Of a stretch of 64,000 nt of DNA, positions 19,270-29,583 are shown one piece after another; position 1 is the first letter of the stretch, and each line of letters starts with the position of its first letter. The stretch comes from Promethearchaeia archaeon. Its GTDB lineage: Archaea; Asgardarchaeota; Lokiarchaeia; Sigyniarchaeales; SOKP01. Both the position numbers and the translations under genes were made by a program. The notes under the pieces are model-generated. The model saw only the letters and a list, made by a program, of their open reading frames with translations, made no database searches and had not been told where the DNA came from. Location: the NCBI GenBank assembly GCA_046483985.1, contig JAWOCD010000090.1:32001-96000 (forward strand), given 5' to 3'.

Positions 19270-21423
19270 ATGTTTGAAAACTTAATGTTATTATTTCCAC
19301 TGGGTGCTGGTATACTTTCAATTGCATTAGCACTCTACTTCGCAAAAATCGTAATGGATGAGGACCCTGGAAATGAGAAAATGCAAGAGATAAGTGGCTA
19401 CATTGAATCTGGTTCTAAAACCTTTATTAAAGTTCAATATAAAGTTCTTACTCTTTTTGTTATAGGGCTTTCTATTGTAGTTTTATTATTATTTGAACCC
19501 GGGAAATTAAGTATCGCGCCTATGCTTTCATACCTTTTTGGATGTGCAGGCTCTATGTTAGCAGGATGGTTAGGAATGCTTGTTGGTGTCAAAGCCAATA
19601 CGAGAGCAGCTCAAGGATGCACGGTAAGTGCTAAAAAAGGCTTCGACATATCGTTTTTTGGAGGTTCCGTGATGGGACTTTCTGTAACGGGAGTTGCATT
19701 AATCGGTGTATCTCTGATTTATTGGGTTCTAGAACCGCAAGTAGGGTATTTAGACGCCACTAAAGCAGTATTGGGATTTAGTTTTGGCGCTAGTTCTATT
19801 GCTCTATTTATGAAATGCGGTGGGGGAATTTACACAAAGACAGCTGATGTAGGTGCTGATTTAGTAGGGAAAGCAGAGTATGATCTACCCGAAGATGACC
19901 CACGAAATCCTGCAGCCATTGCAGATAACGTTGGGGATAATGTTGGCGATATTGCCGGCATGGGCAGCGATTTATTTGATAGTTATGTTGCCGCAATTCT
20001 GGGATCAATGCTGTTAGCTGCAGTAGGAGGGTTCTTAGCTAATATCCTTCATCCTGGAACTGATGTACGGTTTTTTGTAATACTGCCTGTTTTATTGAAT
20101 GCATTTGGCTTATTTTCATCTGTATTAGGGATTTTCTTTATTAAACAATGGAAAACCGGCGATCCAAGTAAATTACTAAACTTTGGAACGTATTTTGCAA
20201 CCTTTTGCTTTGCTGGGCTTGCGGCTCTTTGTGTTCTTATTATGTCTCTCTTTATCAATCCAGCGGATATGCCGCTATTGTGGTCACTTTGGTTATGTGC
20301 CGTTATTGGATTACTAAGCGGTATAATCATCGGGTTAACTTCAGATTATTATACGCGTGAAGATAAAAAGCCAACACAGAATATAGCACATGCGGCTGAA
20401 GAAGGTGATGCAGTAGTTATCTTAAGCGGGTTTTCATATGGTTTAATTAGTGTGTTACCTCCGGCGATCGGGATTGTCGTAGCTACGGCTATTGCTTATA
20501 TTTTACCTTATCTTATCGCAGGGGGATCATTTATTGCTGGTGTATATGGTGTATCAATTGCAGGAACGGGGATGTTGGCGATTGTGGGTACCATTGTTTC
20601 TAATGATGCATATGGTCCAATTTGCGATAATGCTCGGGGTATAGCAGAACAAGGAGGATTGGATGAAGAGATTATTAGAATTGCTGACAGTCTTGATATG
20701 GCTGGAAATACGGCAAAAGCGATTACTAAAGGTTATGCCATCGGTGCAGCAAATCTTACTGTGTTAGCTTTGCTTTTTTCATTCTCCCAAGATGCTGGAA
20801 ATGCTCTTGATTTTATTGGCCTAGTTCCTAATGTTAACTTATTGACAATTAGTGTATTAATTGGTGCATTTTTAGGAGTAGTAGCTCCGGCATTATTCTC
20901 AGCAGTATTAATACTTGCAGTACAGAGAAATGCTGCTAAAATGGTCGATGAGATCAGGAGACAATTTGAGGAGGAACCAGGTATTCTCAAAGGAGAGGTG
21001 GCTGCAGACTTTAATAAGTGTATCGACATTGCAACAAAGGGATCCCTAAAGGAACTCATTATTCCGAGTATTATATCGATCGTAATGCCATTCTTAGTTG
21101 GAATTATTCTTGGTGTTGCAGCGCTTGCATCGTTTTTAGCGGGAGCAATTCTCTCTGGATTTGTATTTGGCATAATGATGAGTAATTCGGGCGGTGCATG
21201 GGATAATGCTAAAAAATGGATTGAAGATGGAAATTTAGGAGGGAAGGGTACACCAGCTCATAAAGCATCCATTACCGGAGATACAGTCGGAGATCCCTTT
21301 AAAGACACAGCGGGCCCATCCATTAACACACTTTTGGTGGTTATGTCCTTGACGGCATCGATATTCATTGCATTTTTCCTTGGAATTAATGGCGGAGCAG
21401 GTTTAATTGGCGCCCTATTATAA
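19270..21423 (+). CDS. hppA: Membrane-integral pyrophosphatase, K+-independent signature
   Basis: GGGIYTKTADVGADLVGK, DNVGDNVGD, GNTAKAITKG, GGAWDNAKK, GDTVGDPFKDTAGPS. Confidence 0.97.
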   Translation: MFENLMLLFPLGAGILSIALALYFAKIVMDEDPGNEKMQEISGYIESGSKTFIKVQYKVLTLFVIGLSIVVLLLFEPGKLSIAPMLSYLFGCAGSMLAGWLGMLVGVKANTRAAQGCTVSAKKGFDISFFGGSVMGLSVTGVALIGVSLIYWVLEPQVGYLDATKAVLGFSFGASSIALFMKCGGGIYTKTADVGADLVGKAEYDLPEDDPRNPAAIADNVGDNVGDIAGMGSDLFDSYVAAILGSMLLAAVGGFLANILHPGTDVRFFVILPVLLNAFGLFSSVLGIFFIKQWKTGDPSKLLNFGTYFATFCFAGLAALCVLIMSLFINPADMPLLWSLWLCAVIGLLSGIIIGLTSDYYTREDKKPTQNIAHAAEEGDAVVILSGFSYGLISVLPPAIGIVVATAIAYILPYLIAGGSFIAGVYGVSIAGTGMLAIVGTIVSNDAYGPICDNARGIAEQGGLDEEIIRIADSLDMAGNTAKAITKGYAIGAANLTVLALLFSFSQDAGNALDFIGLVPNVNLLTISVLIGAFLGVVAPALFSAVLILAVQRNAAKMVDEIRRQFEEEPGILKGEVAADFNKCIDIATKGSLKELIIPSIISIVMPFLVGIILGVAALASFLAGAILSGFVFGIMMSNSGGAWDNAKKWIEDGNLGGKGTPAHKASITGDTVGDPFKDTAGPSINTLLVVMSLTASIFIAFFLGINGGAGLIGALL

Positions 21424-21545
21424 ATAATTGAAAATAGTTCAAATTTTACAAAACGTAATAAACTTTTTTTTATTTTTTTATAACATTTTGTTACATTCCC
21501 GATATAGAATCTGAAAGTAATTATATTATAAAAGAATATGACGGT

Positions 21546-21861
21546 TGAGATTTATACCCGCCCTTCTGTCTTACTTACGTCACCATAAGCAAGTGGAGCA
21601 TCCAACTAAGCGGCCTACCTAAAGCTCGTTCCAAGTTCTCATAGCTTTCATTTGGCCTTGCACCAAGGTCTCAATTCGTTCCAACCATTCCTTCTTGCGA
21701 TTTCCTTGGCTTATTTCCAAATCATTAATTTCTGCAAAAAGGCGGTGCCGTTTCTATTATTGAGACATGGTTCTCACCATAGTAACTTCCGTTACTTCTT
21801 GCTTGGAAATTGTGGGGCGAGGTTCCTCAGCGAAATTTTTCGCCGTTGGCTCCAAATCTCA
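21546..21861 (-). ncRNA. rnpB: Archaeal RNase P RNA
   Basis: Minus strand: P1 gagattt/aaatctc; CR-I gaggaacctcgccccac pairs with CR-V acagaagggcgggta; internal agaaacggcac, ggtgcaaggccaaat, ggtaggccgcttag. Confidence 0.92.
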
Positions 21862-21931
21862 CACGTCAATAATTTAAAGGAAATTGCACTATTTAAACTC
21901 TTGGGTTAGAAACTCTAAGGGTTTAAACAGT

Positions 21932-22138
21932 TTAACTTCCTTGGACTAAATCAGCAAAATAGGAAAAACTTCTATTATAAGTTGCTTCAGCATCTTCGCT
22001 TATCTTTGCAAACGCACACCCTGGAAGTTCATTTCTTCCCAGATGGTATTCTATACATTCGCAACACTTTCCGCGTCTGCTGCATGAGTACGTACACGAA
22101 CATCCATCCTTTCTTTCATCTTGATTACATTCGGCCAT
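21932..22138 (-). CDS. Small Cys-rich protein (DUF6485-like)
   Basis: CSCTYSCSRRGKCCECIEYH...ELPGCAF...TYNRSF. Confidence 0.8.
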   Translation of the reverse strand: MAECNQDERKDGCSCTYSCSRRGKCCECIEYHLGRNELPGCAFAKISEDAEATYNRSFSYFADLVQGS

Positions 22139-22234
22139 ATTTGATCAATTTAGTTTATTATTTCTATTTTACTAAATAAAATCTTTTATACCTAAAAAAG
22201 GCTTCAAGGCTAAAGATCTTTATTTGCCAACAAA

Positions 22235-23356
22235 TTACATCAAAAGTTGTAAGAACGATTTATTCCCGATTTTATGTCTTTCCTTGAAATCTTTATTTCC
22301 CACTTTTTCCAGTTTAATGGCGTTATTAGGGCAATTTGCTGCACATATGCCGCACCCAATGCAAAATTCTTCTTTTATATACATATGTTCGTCGGATTTA
22401 TCCTCTTTTTCGGGCCAGTGATGATAAATTGCGTGCATTGGACATTTATTTAGACAAATCTTGCAGTTGGTGCAGAGATCATCGTTAAATTGCGGTTTGA
22501 AATTACTCGGAACGGTCGCCGTTGTCTTATGCTCTTTCCCGGAAATTAACGTTCCGCAATGGCAACTACAACAATTGCAAATGATTAGAGAAGATTCAAG
22601 ACTAGAATCTGCAACACAATTATGTACCAATCCCGCTTCCTCTGTTTTCTTGATAAACTCAATTGCCTCATCCTTAGTCATACTTTTTCCGCCTGCATCA
22701 ATTATGGATTTGGCAACAATCCCCGTTAGAAAACATCCTAATTCTGACGAAGCCACTTCGCAAGGATCTCCGGTGAGTTCTCCGATTAGCCGACACTGGC
22801 AAGGGACCGTTGTGAAATATTCGTTTTCTTCGATAATCTCTTCAATTAGTTCATAGGACAATACATGATTTTCCACATCTAATGTTTCATCCACCTTTAT
22901 TAATTTTTCTTTTGCATCGAGCGGTAACCGCGGTCGGAATAATTTAAAGTCAGTCTCAATATAAAAGCTAGGCAGAAAATTTTGAAAGAGAAAGCGGTAG
23001 ATTTCCGCAACTTTTTTAAGATTCTCTTCCGTGTCATTCCGTCGGATAAAATATTGTTCAAAAATACCGGGAACTAAGGGGAGAAGCGTATATTTTGAAC
23101 CGATTTTTGTGATGGTCTTCTTTCGCAGCGGTTTTTTGAGCACTTTTTTGAGTTTATCTCTTTCCAATCCCGTTCTCTTCATTAATTCCTTTAAACTGGT
23201 TGGTTTATCACAACTATTGAATTGGGAGAGGACGTTTGCCTCCTCTTCATTCCAAAAGAGTTTCAGTAATTGAAAGACTTTTGGATGTTTTGGGGCATAT
23301 AGTTTTCCTAACTTAAGTTTTTGACGAATTTGTTCATAATAATCTGTTTCTACCAT
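22235..23356 (-). CDS. 4Fe-4S dicluster protein with N-terminal HTH-like region
   Basis: PCQCR, GLVH, ICNCCSCHC and two CxxCxxCxxxCP motifs; start moved to ATG 23356 (MVETDYY). Confidence 0.85.
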   Translation of the reverse strand: MVETDYYEQIRQKLKLGKLYAPKHPKVFQLLKLFWNEEEANVLSQFNSCDKPTSLKELMKRTGLERDKLKKVLKKPLRKKTITKIGSKYTLLPLVPGIFEQYFIRRNDTEENLKKVAEIYRFLFQNFLPSFYIETDFKLFRPRLPLDAKEKLIKVDETLDVENHVLSYELIEEIIEENEYFTTVPCQCRLIGELTGDPCEVASSELGCFLTGIVAKSIIDAGGKSMTKDEAIEFIKKTEEAGLVHNCVADSSLESSLIICNCCSCHCGTLISGKEHKTTATVPSNFKPQFNDDLCTNCKICLNKCPMHAIYHHWPEKEDKSDEHMYIKEEFCIGCGICAANCPNNAIKLEKVGNKDFKERHKIGNKSFLQLLM

Positions 23357-23500
23357 GAATGAAGAGAAAAGCGCGTGATTTAAATAATTTTTGATCGGTG
23401 GACCATTGCATAATTGCAATTATTTTTGATGATTCTTTATTATATTTATGGTAGGTTACAAACTTAGTTTAAGTTTGTAAAATAATAAAGAAAATAATAT

Positions 23501-24538
23501 TTGAGAGAGATAAACTTGCAAAAAGAAATCATTAAAAAATCAAAGTTATTGGACAAAGAGGGAAAATTAAAACAGAAAGGATGGGCAAGGGAATTACTAT
23601 TAGATTATAATCGAGAGGAGATTGCGGCAAGTTGGTTACGTATCAAAGAATGGGATTATTATGCTGTGCTGAGTCCTAATTACGGAATTACTTTTACGGT
23701 CACTGATTTAGGCTATATTGGGTTGATCACGGTGGTTTGGTTAGATTTTCAAGAAAAGGATTATATTCAAGAGGAGGAGATGGTCTTTTTGCCCCGCGGC
23801 AATTTTGATCTCCCCGAATCTTCGAAAGTGGGAAATATTGAACTTCATAAGAAAGGGATTGACTTGGAATTTATCAGAGAACGGGAAAAGCGTGTGCTTA
23901 AAGTTGATTTTCCCGCCTTCAAGGATGAAAAAGGTCTAAAAGCGGAATTGGAACTTGAACAGGATCCACGTGCGGATTCAATGGTTATTGTTTCTGATTG
24001 GAAAGAAAAACCGACCCGATTTTATTACAATCAAAAGATTAATTGTATGCCATGTCTCGGAAAGGTGCAGATTGGGGATAATTCATATGAATTTGAGAAA
24101 GACTCGAGTTTTGGCGTCTTGGATTGGGGGAGGGGCGTGTGGACCTATAAAAATACTTGGTATTGGGGATCTGCGTCTACAAAGATTAACGATACGCTCA
24201 TAGGTTGGAATTTAGGTTATGGATTTAGTGATAGAAGTAAGGCTACGGAAAATGCCATTTTTTATAATGGGAAAGCACATAAATTAGATAAGGTTACCTT
24301 TCGTTTTGATGAGAACGCCTTGCTAAAACCGTGGGAAATTACAAGCAACGATGACAGATTTGGAATGGAATTTACCCCTCTTTTTGACCGGAATTCTCAG
24401 TTCAATCTACTAATCTTAAAAAGCATTCAGCATCAAGTTTTTGGATACTATTCGGGTTATTTTGTGCTTGATAATGGAGAGAAGGTAGAGGTAGACAACA
24501 TTTTGGGGTTTGCCGAGAAAGTATATAATAAATGGTGA
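23501..24538 (+). CDS. DUF2804 family protein
   Basis: RIKEWDYY, FYYNQKINC, LDWGRGVW, NLGYGF, HQVFG. Confidence 0.85.
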   Translation: MREINLQKEIIKKSKLLDKEGKLKQKGWARELLLDYNREEIAASWLRIKEWDYYAVLSPNYGITFTVTDLGYIGLITVVWLDFQEKDYIQEEEMVFLPRGNFDLPESSKVGNIELHKKGIDLEFIREREKRVLKVDFPAFKDEKGLKAELELEQDPRADSMVIVSDWKEKPTRFYYNQKINCMPCLGKVQIGDNSYEFEKDSSFGVLDWGRGVWTYKNTWYWGSASTKINDTLIGWNLGYGFSDRSKATENAIFYNGKAHKLDKVTFRFDENALLKPWEITSNDDRFGMEFTPLFDRNSQFNLLILKSIQHQVFGYYSGYFVLDNGEKVEVDNILGFAEKVYNKW

Positions 24539-24583
24539 AGCAAAAATAAGCATTTTGGAAAAATTAAGGAAGAAATTTTATGA

Positions 24584-24700
24584 CTATTCAACGATAGTGA
24601 ATGTTCCATCGGTCGCCCCACATTCTGGACATTCCATCCCCTCTTCTGGGAGTCCGTCATATTCGAATATAGCTTCGCATTTATCACATTTTAATTTCAT
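24584..24700 (-). CDS. 38-aa zinc-ribbon/rubredoxin-like microprotein
   Basis: MKLKCDKCEAIFEYDGLPEEGMECPECGATDGTFTIVE*; two CxxC knuckles; missed by the ORF track. Confidence 0.8.
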   Translation of the reverse strand: MKLKCDKCEAIFEYDGLPEEGMECPECGATDGTFTIVE

Positions 24701-24925
24701 TTTACTATCCAACTCTTTTTAAAATATTCAATATCCCTTTAAGACAAATAACAATAAACAAGATAAAAATTAAAATTTTTGGAATACCTTAATCATCCTA
24801 CCCATATTTAAATAGGTATTCATAAATAAAGAAAAGTAAAAGAGATATGGGAATAACTATACCTCATTGCTTTTAAACCAAATTTTGTATATATTAATTA
24901 CAATATTTAAGAGGTAAAAAAAAGT

Positions 24926-25606
24926 ATGAAGAAATTGTCAAAAGTACTCTTTGCGGGATTGGTGATTCTTTCGTTCTTCATGATGTTCGGCAATTCATTT
25001 GTAGTGGCTGCAGAGGATACTCAGGATGTCAATGGTGATAATGTTCAGAAAAATATTCAAGCAAATGAGTCCGTTCAATTTCGATTTCGCGAGAGAACAC
25101 AGATTCGAATAAGAACGAATGCCACTATGTCCGCTAATATTGATTGTGATGCACGACAAATTGGAAATAAAGACTTCGAGATAGATGTTGATTCGGAGAA
25201 GGATCTCGAGATGAACATGACTGCTAGAGAAGAGCAAGAAGAACTTGGGTTACAAAAAGGAAATTCCTACCAGATGAGAAATCGGAATCGATATCAATAT
25301 CAAGAAGGATTTGCCGTAAATATTTCAACGAACAGTACTGACGGGCTCAACGCAAAATTGAAACTCGAAAAAACGGAAGAGAATCAAAACTCAAAGTGGG
25401 CATACTATGATGAATCCGAACAAGAATGGGTAACGGTGGACACAACCGAAGAAGATGGATACTTGGTTGCAGAAACAGATCATTTCTCAACGTGGACTTT
25501 GCTTACTCCAGAAGATAATACATTGATCTATATCGGGATTGGGATTGGAGCCGCAGCCGCCGTGATCTTAGGCATTACGTATGTCATCATGAAGAGAAGG
25601 AAATAA
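24926..25606 (+). CDS. Secreted, C-terminally anchored protein with GPS-like HFS motif
   Basis: Signal peptide, beta-rich domain ending YLVAETDHFSTWTLL, TM helix, KRRK. Confidence 0.85.
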   Translation: MKKLSKVLFAGLVILSFFMMFGNSFVVAAEDTQDVNGDNVQKNIQANESVQFRFRERTQIRIRTNATMSANIDCDARQIGNKDFEIDVDSEKDLEMNMTAREEQEELGLQKGNSYQMRNRNRYQYQEGFAVNISTNSTDGLNAKLKLEKTEENQNSKWAYYDESEQEWVTVDTTEEDGYLVAETDHFSTWTLLTPEDNTLIYIGIGIGAAAAVILGITYVIMKRRK

Positions 25607-25687
25607 TTATTTTTTTTTAATAACCAAGTTTTTATTTTTTTATTTTATTTAACACTTACATTATCGATCTGTTATACTTAATTTGCT

Positions 25688-26950
25688 ATGGAAAAAACCA
25701 TCTCAGAACTTCGGAAAAGAAACATCATTTGTATTTTTACTATCTTATTACTTATTTTTGAATTTACTTTTTTGATGAGCCTTGTATTGGCAAGGGAAGA
25801 AGAAGTATCTGGCTATTCCAAAGAAGATACGATTCATTCTAATGAGAATGTCTTATATCGATTCTCCAATGATATCAACTTAGGAATGACTTCAGATGTA
25901 CATACAGAAGTAGATATCACGTATGAAAAGTCTATCCAAAATCGTCATGCCTCGATAATGATTCGAAATAATGAAACCGGCTCGAGTAATGATTCTCTCG
26001 CTTTAGATATTGACAATCGGGAATCAATGAAAGAAGGTTATGGATTTTCTAAGGCTCCTGACGCTCCTAAAAACAATAGAAAGCAATTTAGATACAGATA
26101 TAACTCCATTTTTCGCCTTACTTCAAACAGTTCTATTAATAAATTTACCTTCCGCTTCGAAAAAAATAGTCAATACGGCTTAGAGGCGGATAAAGGATAC
26201 ACTATAGCCGTATTTACAGAGGGGGGGGATTCATGGGAATCAATCTCAACGGAAGAGATTTCTGAGAATTCTACTACCTATTTGGAAGCCAGCTTTACAG
26301 ATATATCTTCAGACACCCAATATTATTTTACCGTATACGAAGAGGAGCAAGGAATATTTGGGTGGATATGGCCCCTTATTATTATTGGCATCATTGGATT
26401 GGTGGGATTGGTATTAATTCTTTCCAAAAAGGAATATATCCAAATTTTGAAACGTCGAACTACTCCAGTAGATAAGGGGTCACATAGATTATCGTTGGAA
26501 GAAGTGTTAGAAAATGAAAACCGCAGCACGATTATTGATTTAATTTTGGAAAATCCGGGAGTACATTTTAACGAACTCCTCAGAGAAACCGAACTTTCGC
26601 CGGGCAATTTAGTGTGGCATTTAGATATTCTAGAGAAATATGAAATCATTGGAAAAAAACATATCTCGAATTACGTAGTCTATTTTCCCTATTACCAGAA
26701 GAACCCTATTTCTAATTTGGATTTGAAATTGAGGAAAAGTGAATTAACCCTAAAAGTGTTGGAATTAATTGAAGAAAAACCAGGTCTATGGAATAATAAA
26801 ATGGCCGATATCTTCGATGTAGATCATAAGACCACGAAATACCACCTTGATAAACTCATGGAACTTAACTTAATTTTTGCGGAAAAAGATGGCCGAAAGA
26901 AAAAATATTATCCCAATTTGGAAAACGAATATTTCAATAATTCGGATTAA
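25688..26950 (+). CDS. Membrane-anchored transcription factor: extracellular domain + TM + tandem winged HTH
   Basis: Signal, ectodomain similar to the upstream gene, TM, then ENENRSTIIDLILENPGVHFNEL...WHLDILE and a second wHTH (KYHLDKL). Confidence 0.85.
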   Translation: MEKTISELRKRNIICIFTILLLIFEFTFLMSLVLAREEEVSGYSKEDTIHSNENVLYRFSNDINLGMTSDVHTEVDITYEKSIQNRHASIMIRNNETGSSNDSLALDIDNRESMKEGYGFSKAPDAPKNNRKQFRYRYNSIFRLTSNSSINKFTFRFEKNSQYGLEADKGYTIAVFTEGGDSWESISTEEISENSTTYLEASFTDISSDTQYYFTVYEEEQGIFGWIWPLIIIGIIGLVGLVLILSKKEYIQILKRRTTPVDKGSHRLSLEEVLENENRSTIIDLILENPGVHFNELLRETELSPGNLVWHLDILEKYEIIGKKHISNYVVYFPYYQKNPISNLDLKLRKSELTLKVLELIEEKPGLWNNKMADIFDVDHKTTKYHLDKLMELNLIFAEKDGRKKKYYPNLENEYFNNSD

Positions 26951-27803
26951 GGATCTTAATCTCAGGAGCTTCATCTTCATATAAAAGTTCAATATCTTCT
27001 CGACTTAATTTTATATCAGCTGCCTCTGCATTGTCCTTAACGTGATTTAAATGAAAAGCTTTAGGGATAGTAATGACGTTTTCATGATTAATAAGCCATG
27101 CGATTGCGATTTGTTGGATGGTGGCATTATATTTGGATGCTAATGTATCAAGTTTTTTCCTTAACTCTTCGCTTAAGTCAGTATATCCGCTATGCCCCAG
27201 AGGACTGTAGGCGGTCATAGTGATATTGTGTTCTTGATAATAGGGAAGTGATTTATACATATGTTTTTGCTTGGTAAAGCTCGCATTGAGTTGATTGTTG
27301 ACTAGTTCCTCCTTTTTTAGAGCAGATTGGGCTTTTTTGAATTTTTTTATAGAAAAATTACTGACGCCGATATATCTCGTTTTTCCCTCATTAACTAATT
27401 CTTCTAATACCTTCATCTGTTTCGTGATGGAAACTAAAAAGTTGGGCCAATGAATCAAATATAAGTCGAAATATTTTATCCCCAATCGTTCGAGACTCTT
27501 TTCTGCGGCTTTTTTCATACCATGGTGAAAAATATGCATGGGAAATAATTTACTCGTTATAAATAGATTCTCTCTTCCATATTCTTCGATAATCTCGCCT
27601 ACTACCTTTTCAGCTTTTCCTAACCCATACATTTCTGCCGTGTCAATATGAGTCATTCCCAATTCAATCCCCTTCCGCAAGGAATCTTTCCATTGCTCGT
27701 AATATTCGTTATCCTTAAAAAATCGCTTTATCCCCCATGTTCCTTGTCCAAGAATGGGAATCTTCTCTCCCGTTTTTCCTAATTCCACATTTTTTATTGT
27801 CAT
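26934..27803 (-). CDS. Aldo/keto reductase
   Basis: LGQGTW, IDTAEMYG, DLYLIHWP, IGVSNF, AYSPLG, IPKA. Confidence 0.95.
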   Translation of the reverse strand: MTIKNVELGKTGEKIPILGQGTWGIKRFFKDNEYYEQWKDSLRKGIELGMTHIDTAEMYGLGKAEKVVGEIIEEYGRENLFITSKLFPMHIFHHGMKKAAEKSLERLGIKYFDLYLIHWPNFLVSITKQMKVLEELVNEGKTRYIGVSNFSIKKFKKAQSALKKEELVNNQLNASFTKQKHMYKSLPYYQEHNITMTAYSPLGHSGYTDLSEELRKKLDTLASKYNATIQQIAIAWLINHENVITIPKAFHLNHVKDNAEAADIKLSREDIELLYEDEAPEIKILNPNY

Positions 27804-27989
27804 ATTACTATTTGATTTATTTACGCTTTTAAGTATTCTTTTTAGATATTATTAATAATTTTCTTTCATGAAGTTTTAAACCTAAAGACTTCAATTTGAG
27901 CCATAGCAAGGAAATTATCTTGGTTATTATTTTGCGATAATTTTTTTCGATCTAAGTAACCCCAATCTTCCCGAATATTAGGGAAATTA

Positions 27990-29288
27990 TTATCCCATGA
28001 AAAAGATAAGAACAAACAAAAATCCTATTATGCAAAGCATATTTATTAGTGTCATTAAAAACCCGACAACCAACAACCTTCGATAATTTAAATTTTTTAC
28101 ATGTGATTTTTCAGCAATTTCAAGCGTTGCCATATGAGCAATTGCCCCTTGCGGAATCAAGTTCCCTCCTATATGAATTCCAAAAAGAAATATAAAGAAA
28201 AGCGGATTTGCTGGCAGTCCCTCCGATATTAACGTATCTATAATCGGCAGAAAAATTAAGGTAGTTGGTGTGTTTGAAACAAAGGCAGACATTATGCTTA
28301 TGATGAAGAATAAAAGGATATACAACAAAATAGGTTCTAGCTTTCCAAAAGCGAACTGTTGGAATATATCTTTAAACCCCGCCTCTAAAAGACAGCCGAT
28401 TATAATATATAATGATATAAGGAAAAATAATATTTCCCAATCTACATCTTTTAACATATCACTCAAAGATTCTCCTGTATATCTCTTGTTTAAATATACG
28501 AGGACTAACGATCCAATTCCCGCCGTCAGATATAACAAGGGCAGAAATAAGAATAGGATGATGATAATCAAGATTGCAACAGTATTTAAGTAAAACATTT
28601 TTTTATTTTTTATCAAGACCTCGGAATCTATTAAATCTAACATAAATTCTTTCTGTTGAGGTTCTATGCTCGGTTCTTTACTAAGCAAAAATTTATCTAA
28701 TAAAAACATCATTAAAAAAAGTAGGATAAAAGAAAAAATCCAAAGATATTTGATAAAAAATGAAGTATCCAATCCGTAATAAGTTGAGATGATAATATTT
28801 TCACTACTTCCAAACGGAGTTAGTATAGACCCAATTTTAACCCCTAGTGTCATTCCAATTAAATATGTGCCCGCATTTACTTTTAAGTGACGACAAAGAC
28901 GAATAATGACTGGTGCTAATATAAGAATTACCACCACATCACTTACAATTCCTGCTAATAAGGCGGTTAAGAGCATTAACAAAAAAAAGAAATATCTGAC
29001 TTTTCCCCTAACGATTTGGAATAATCTTACCGCCAGAAATTCTAAGATATTGGACTCGACTGCGATTTCTGTTATTAAACTCATACTTAATATGATTATG
29101 ATTGCTTGCCATTCGACATGACCAATAAACACGTCTAGATCTATCCCAAGAACCAAGCCAGTGATGGTCGCAGCAATAAACGCACCTAATAAGGAGATTA
29201 AAACAAAATCTACTCCTTCCATTGCGTAAGAGGCTAAAATAATCCCAAAAATAATAAATATGATAATTATAAGGGGGATATTCATCAT
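27990..29288 (-). CDS. ArsB/NhaD/SLC13-type permease
   Basis: About 12 TMs; GSILTPFGSSENI, VDWEILFF, SAFVSNTP, GGNLIPQG. Confidence 0.88.
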   Translation of the reverse strand: MMNIPLIIIIFIIFGIILASYAMEGVDFVLISLLGAFIAATITGLVLGIDLDVFIGHVEWQAIIIILSMSLITEIAVESNILEFLAVRLFQIVRGKVRYFFFLLMLLTALLAGIVSDVVVILILAPVIIRLCRHLKVNAGTYLIGMTLGVKIGSILTPFGSSENIIISTYYGLDTSFFIKYLWIFSFILLFLMMFLLDKFLLSKEPSIEPQQKEFMLDLIDSEVLIKNKKMFYLNTVAILIIIILFLFLPLLYLTAGIGSLVLVYLNKRYTGESLSDMLKDVDWEILFFLISLYIIIGCLLEAGFKDIFQQFAFGKLEPILLYILLFFIISIMSAFVSNTPTTLIFLPIIDTLISEGLPANPLFFIFLFGIHIGGNLIPQGAIAHMATLEIAEKSHVKNLNYRRLLVVGFLMTLINMLCIIGFLFVLIFFMG

Positions 29289-29423
29289 AGTTCGGCAAGG
29301 AATTGACTGTTTTAAGTATCTTTTATTAAAAATTATTAATAATTTTTTTTAAACAAATTTCTTGATATTCAAGGGTTGATAAATTTTCTTCGTTAAATTT
29401 TCCTCGCCTATGGAATTTTTTAC

Positions 29424-29472
29424 CACTAGAGTGCGAGAAAGTACCGTCCTTTAGGGCGGTGATGAGTCGCAC
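29424..29472 (+). mobile_element. Solo IS200/IS605-type left end (family B)
   Basis: After TTAC: cactaga-gtgcga-gaaagt-accgtcc-ttta-gggcggt-gatgag-tcgcac nested hairpin. Confidence 0.65.
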
Positions 29473-29583
29473 ATATCTTTATGAATAATAGTGACTATTA
29501 TTTAGGTATTAAACAAGGACATTATCATTATTAAATTATCTTGATTCAATTAAACAAAAATTCCCATAGGATATCTAAAACAA

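Noticed and set aside
21652-21909. 85-aa ORF
   Set aside because: Antisense to the RNase P RNA.
27900-27911. gccatagcaagg shared with 31682-31693
   Set aside because: Only 12 nt with no extended similarity.
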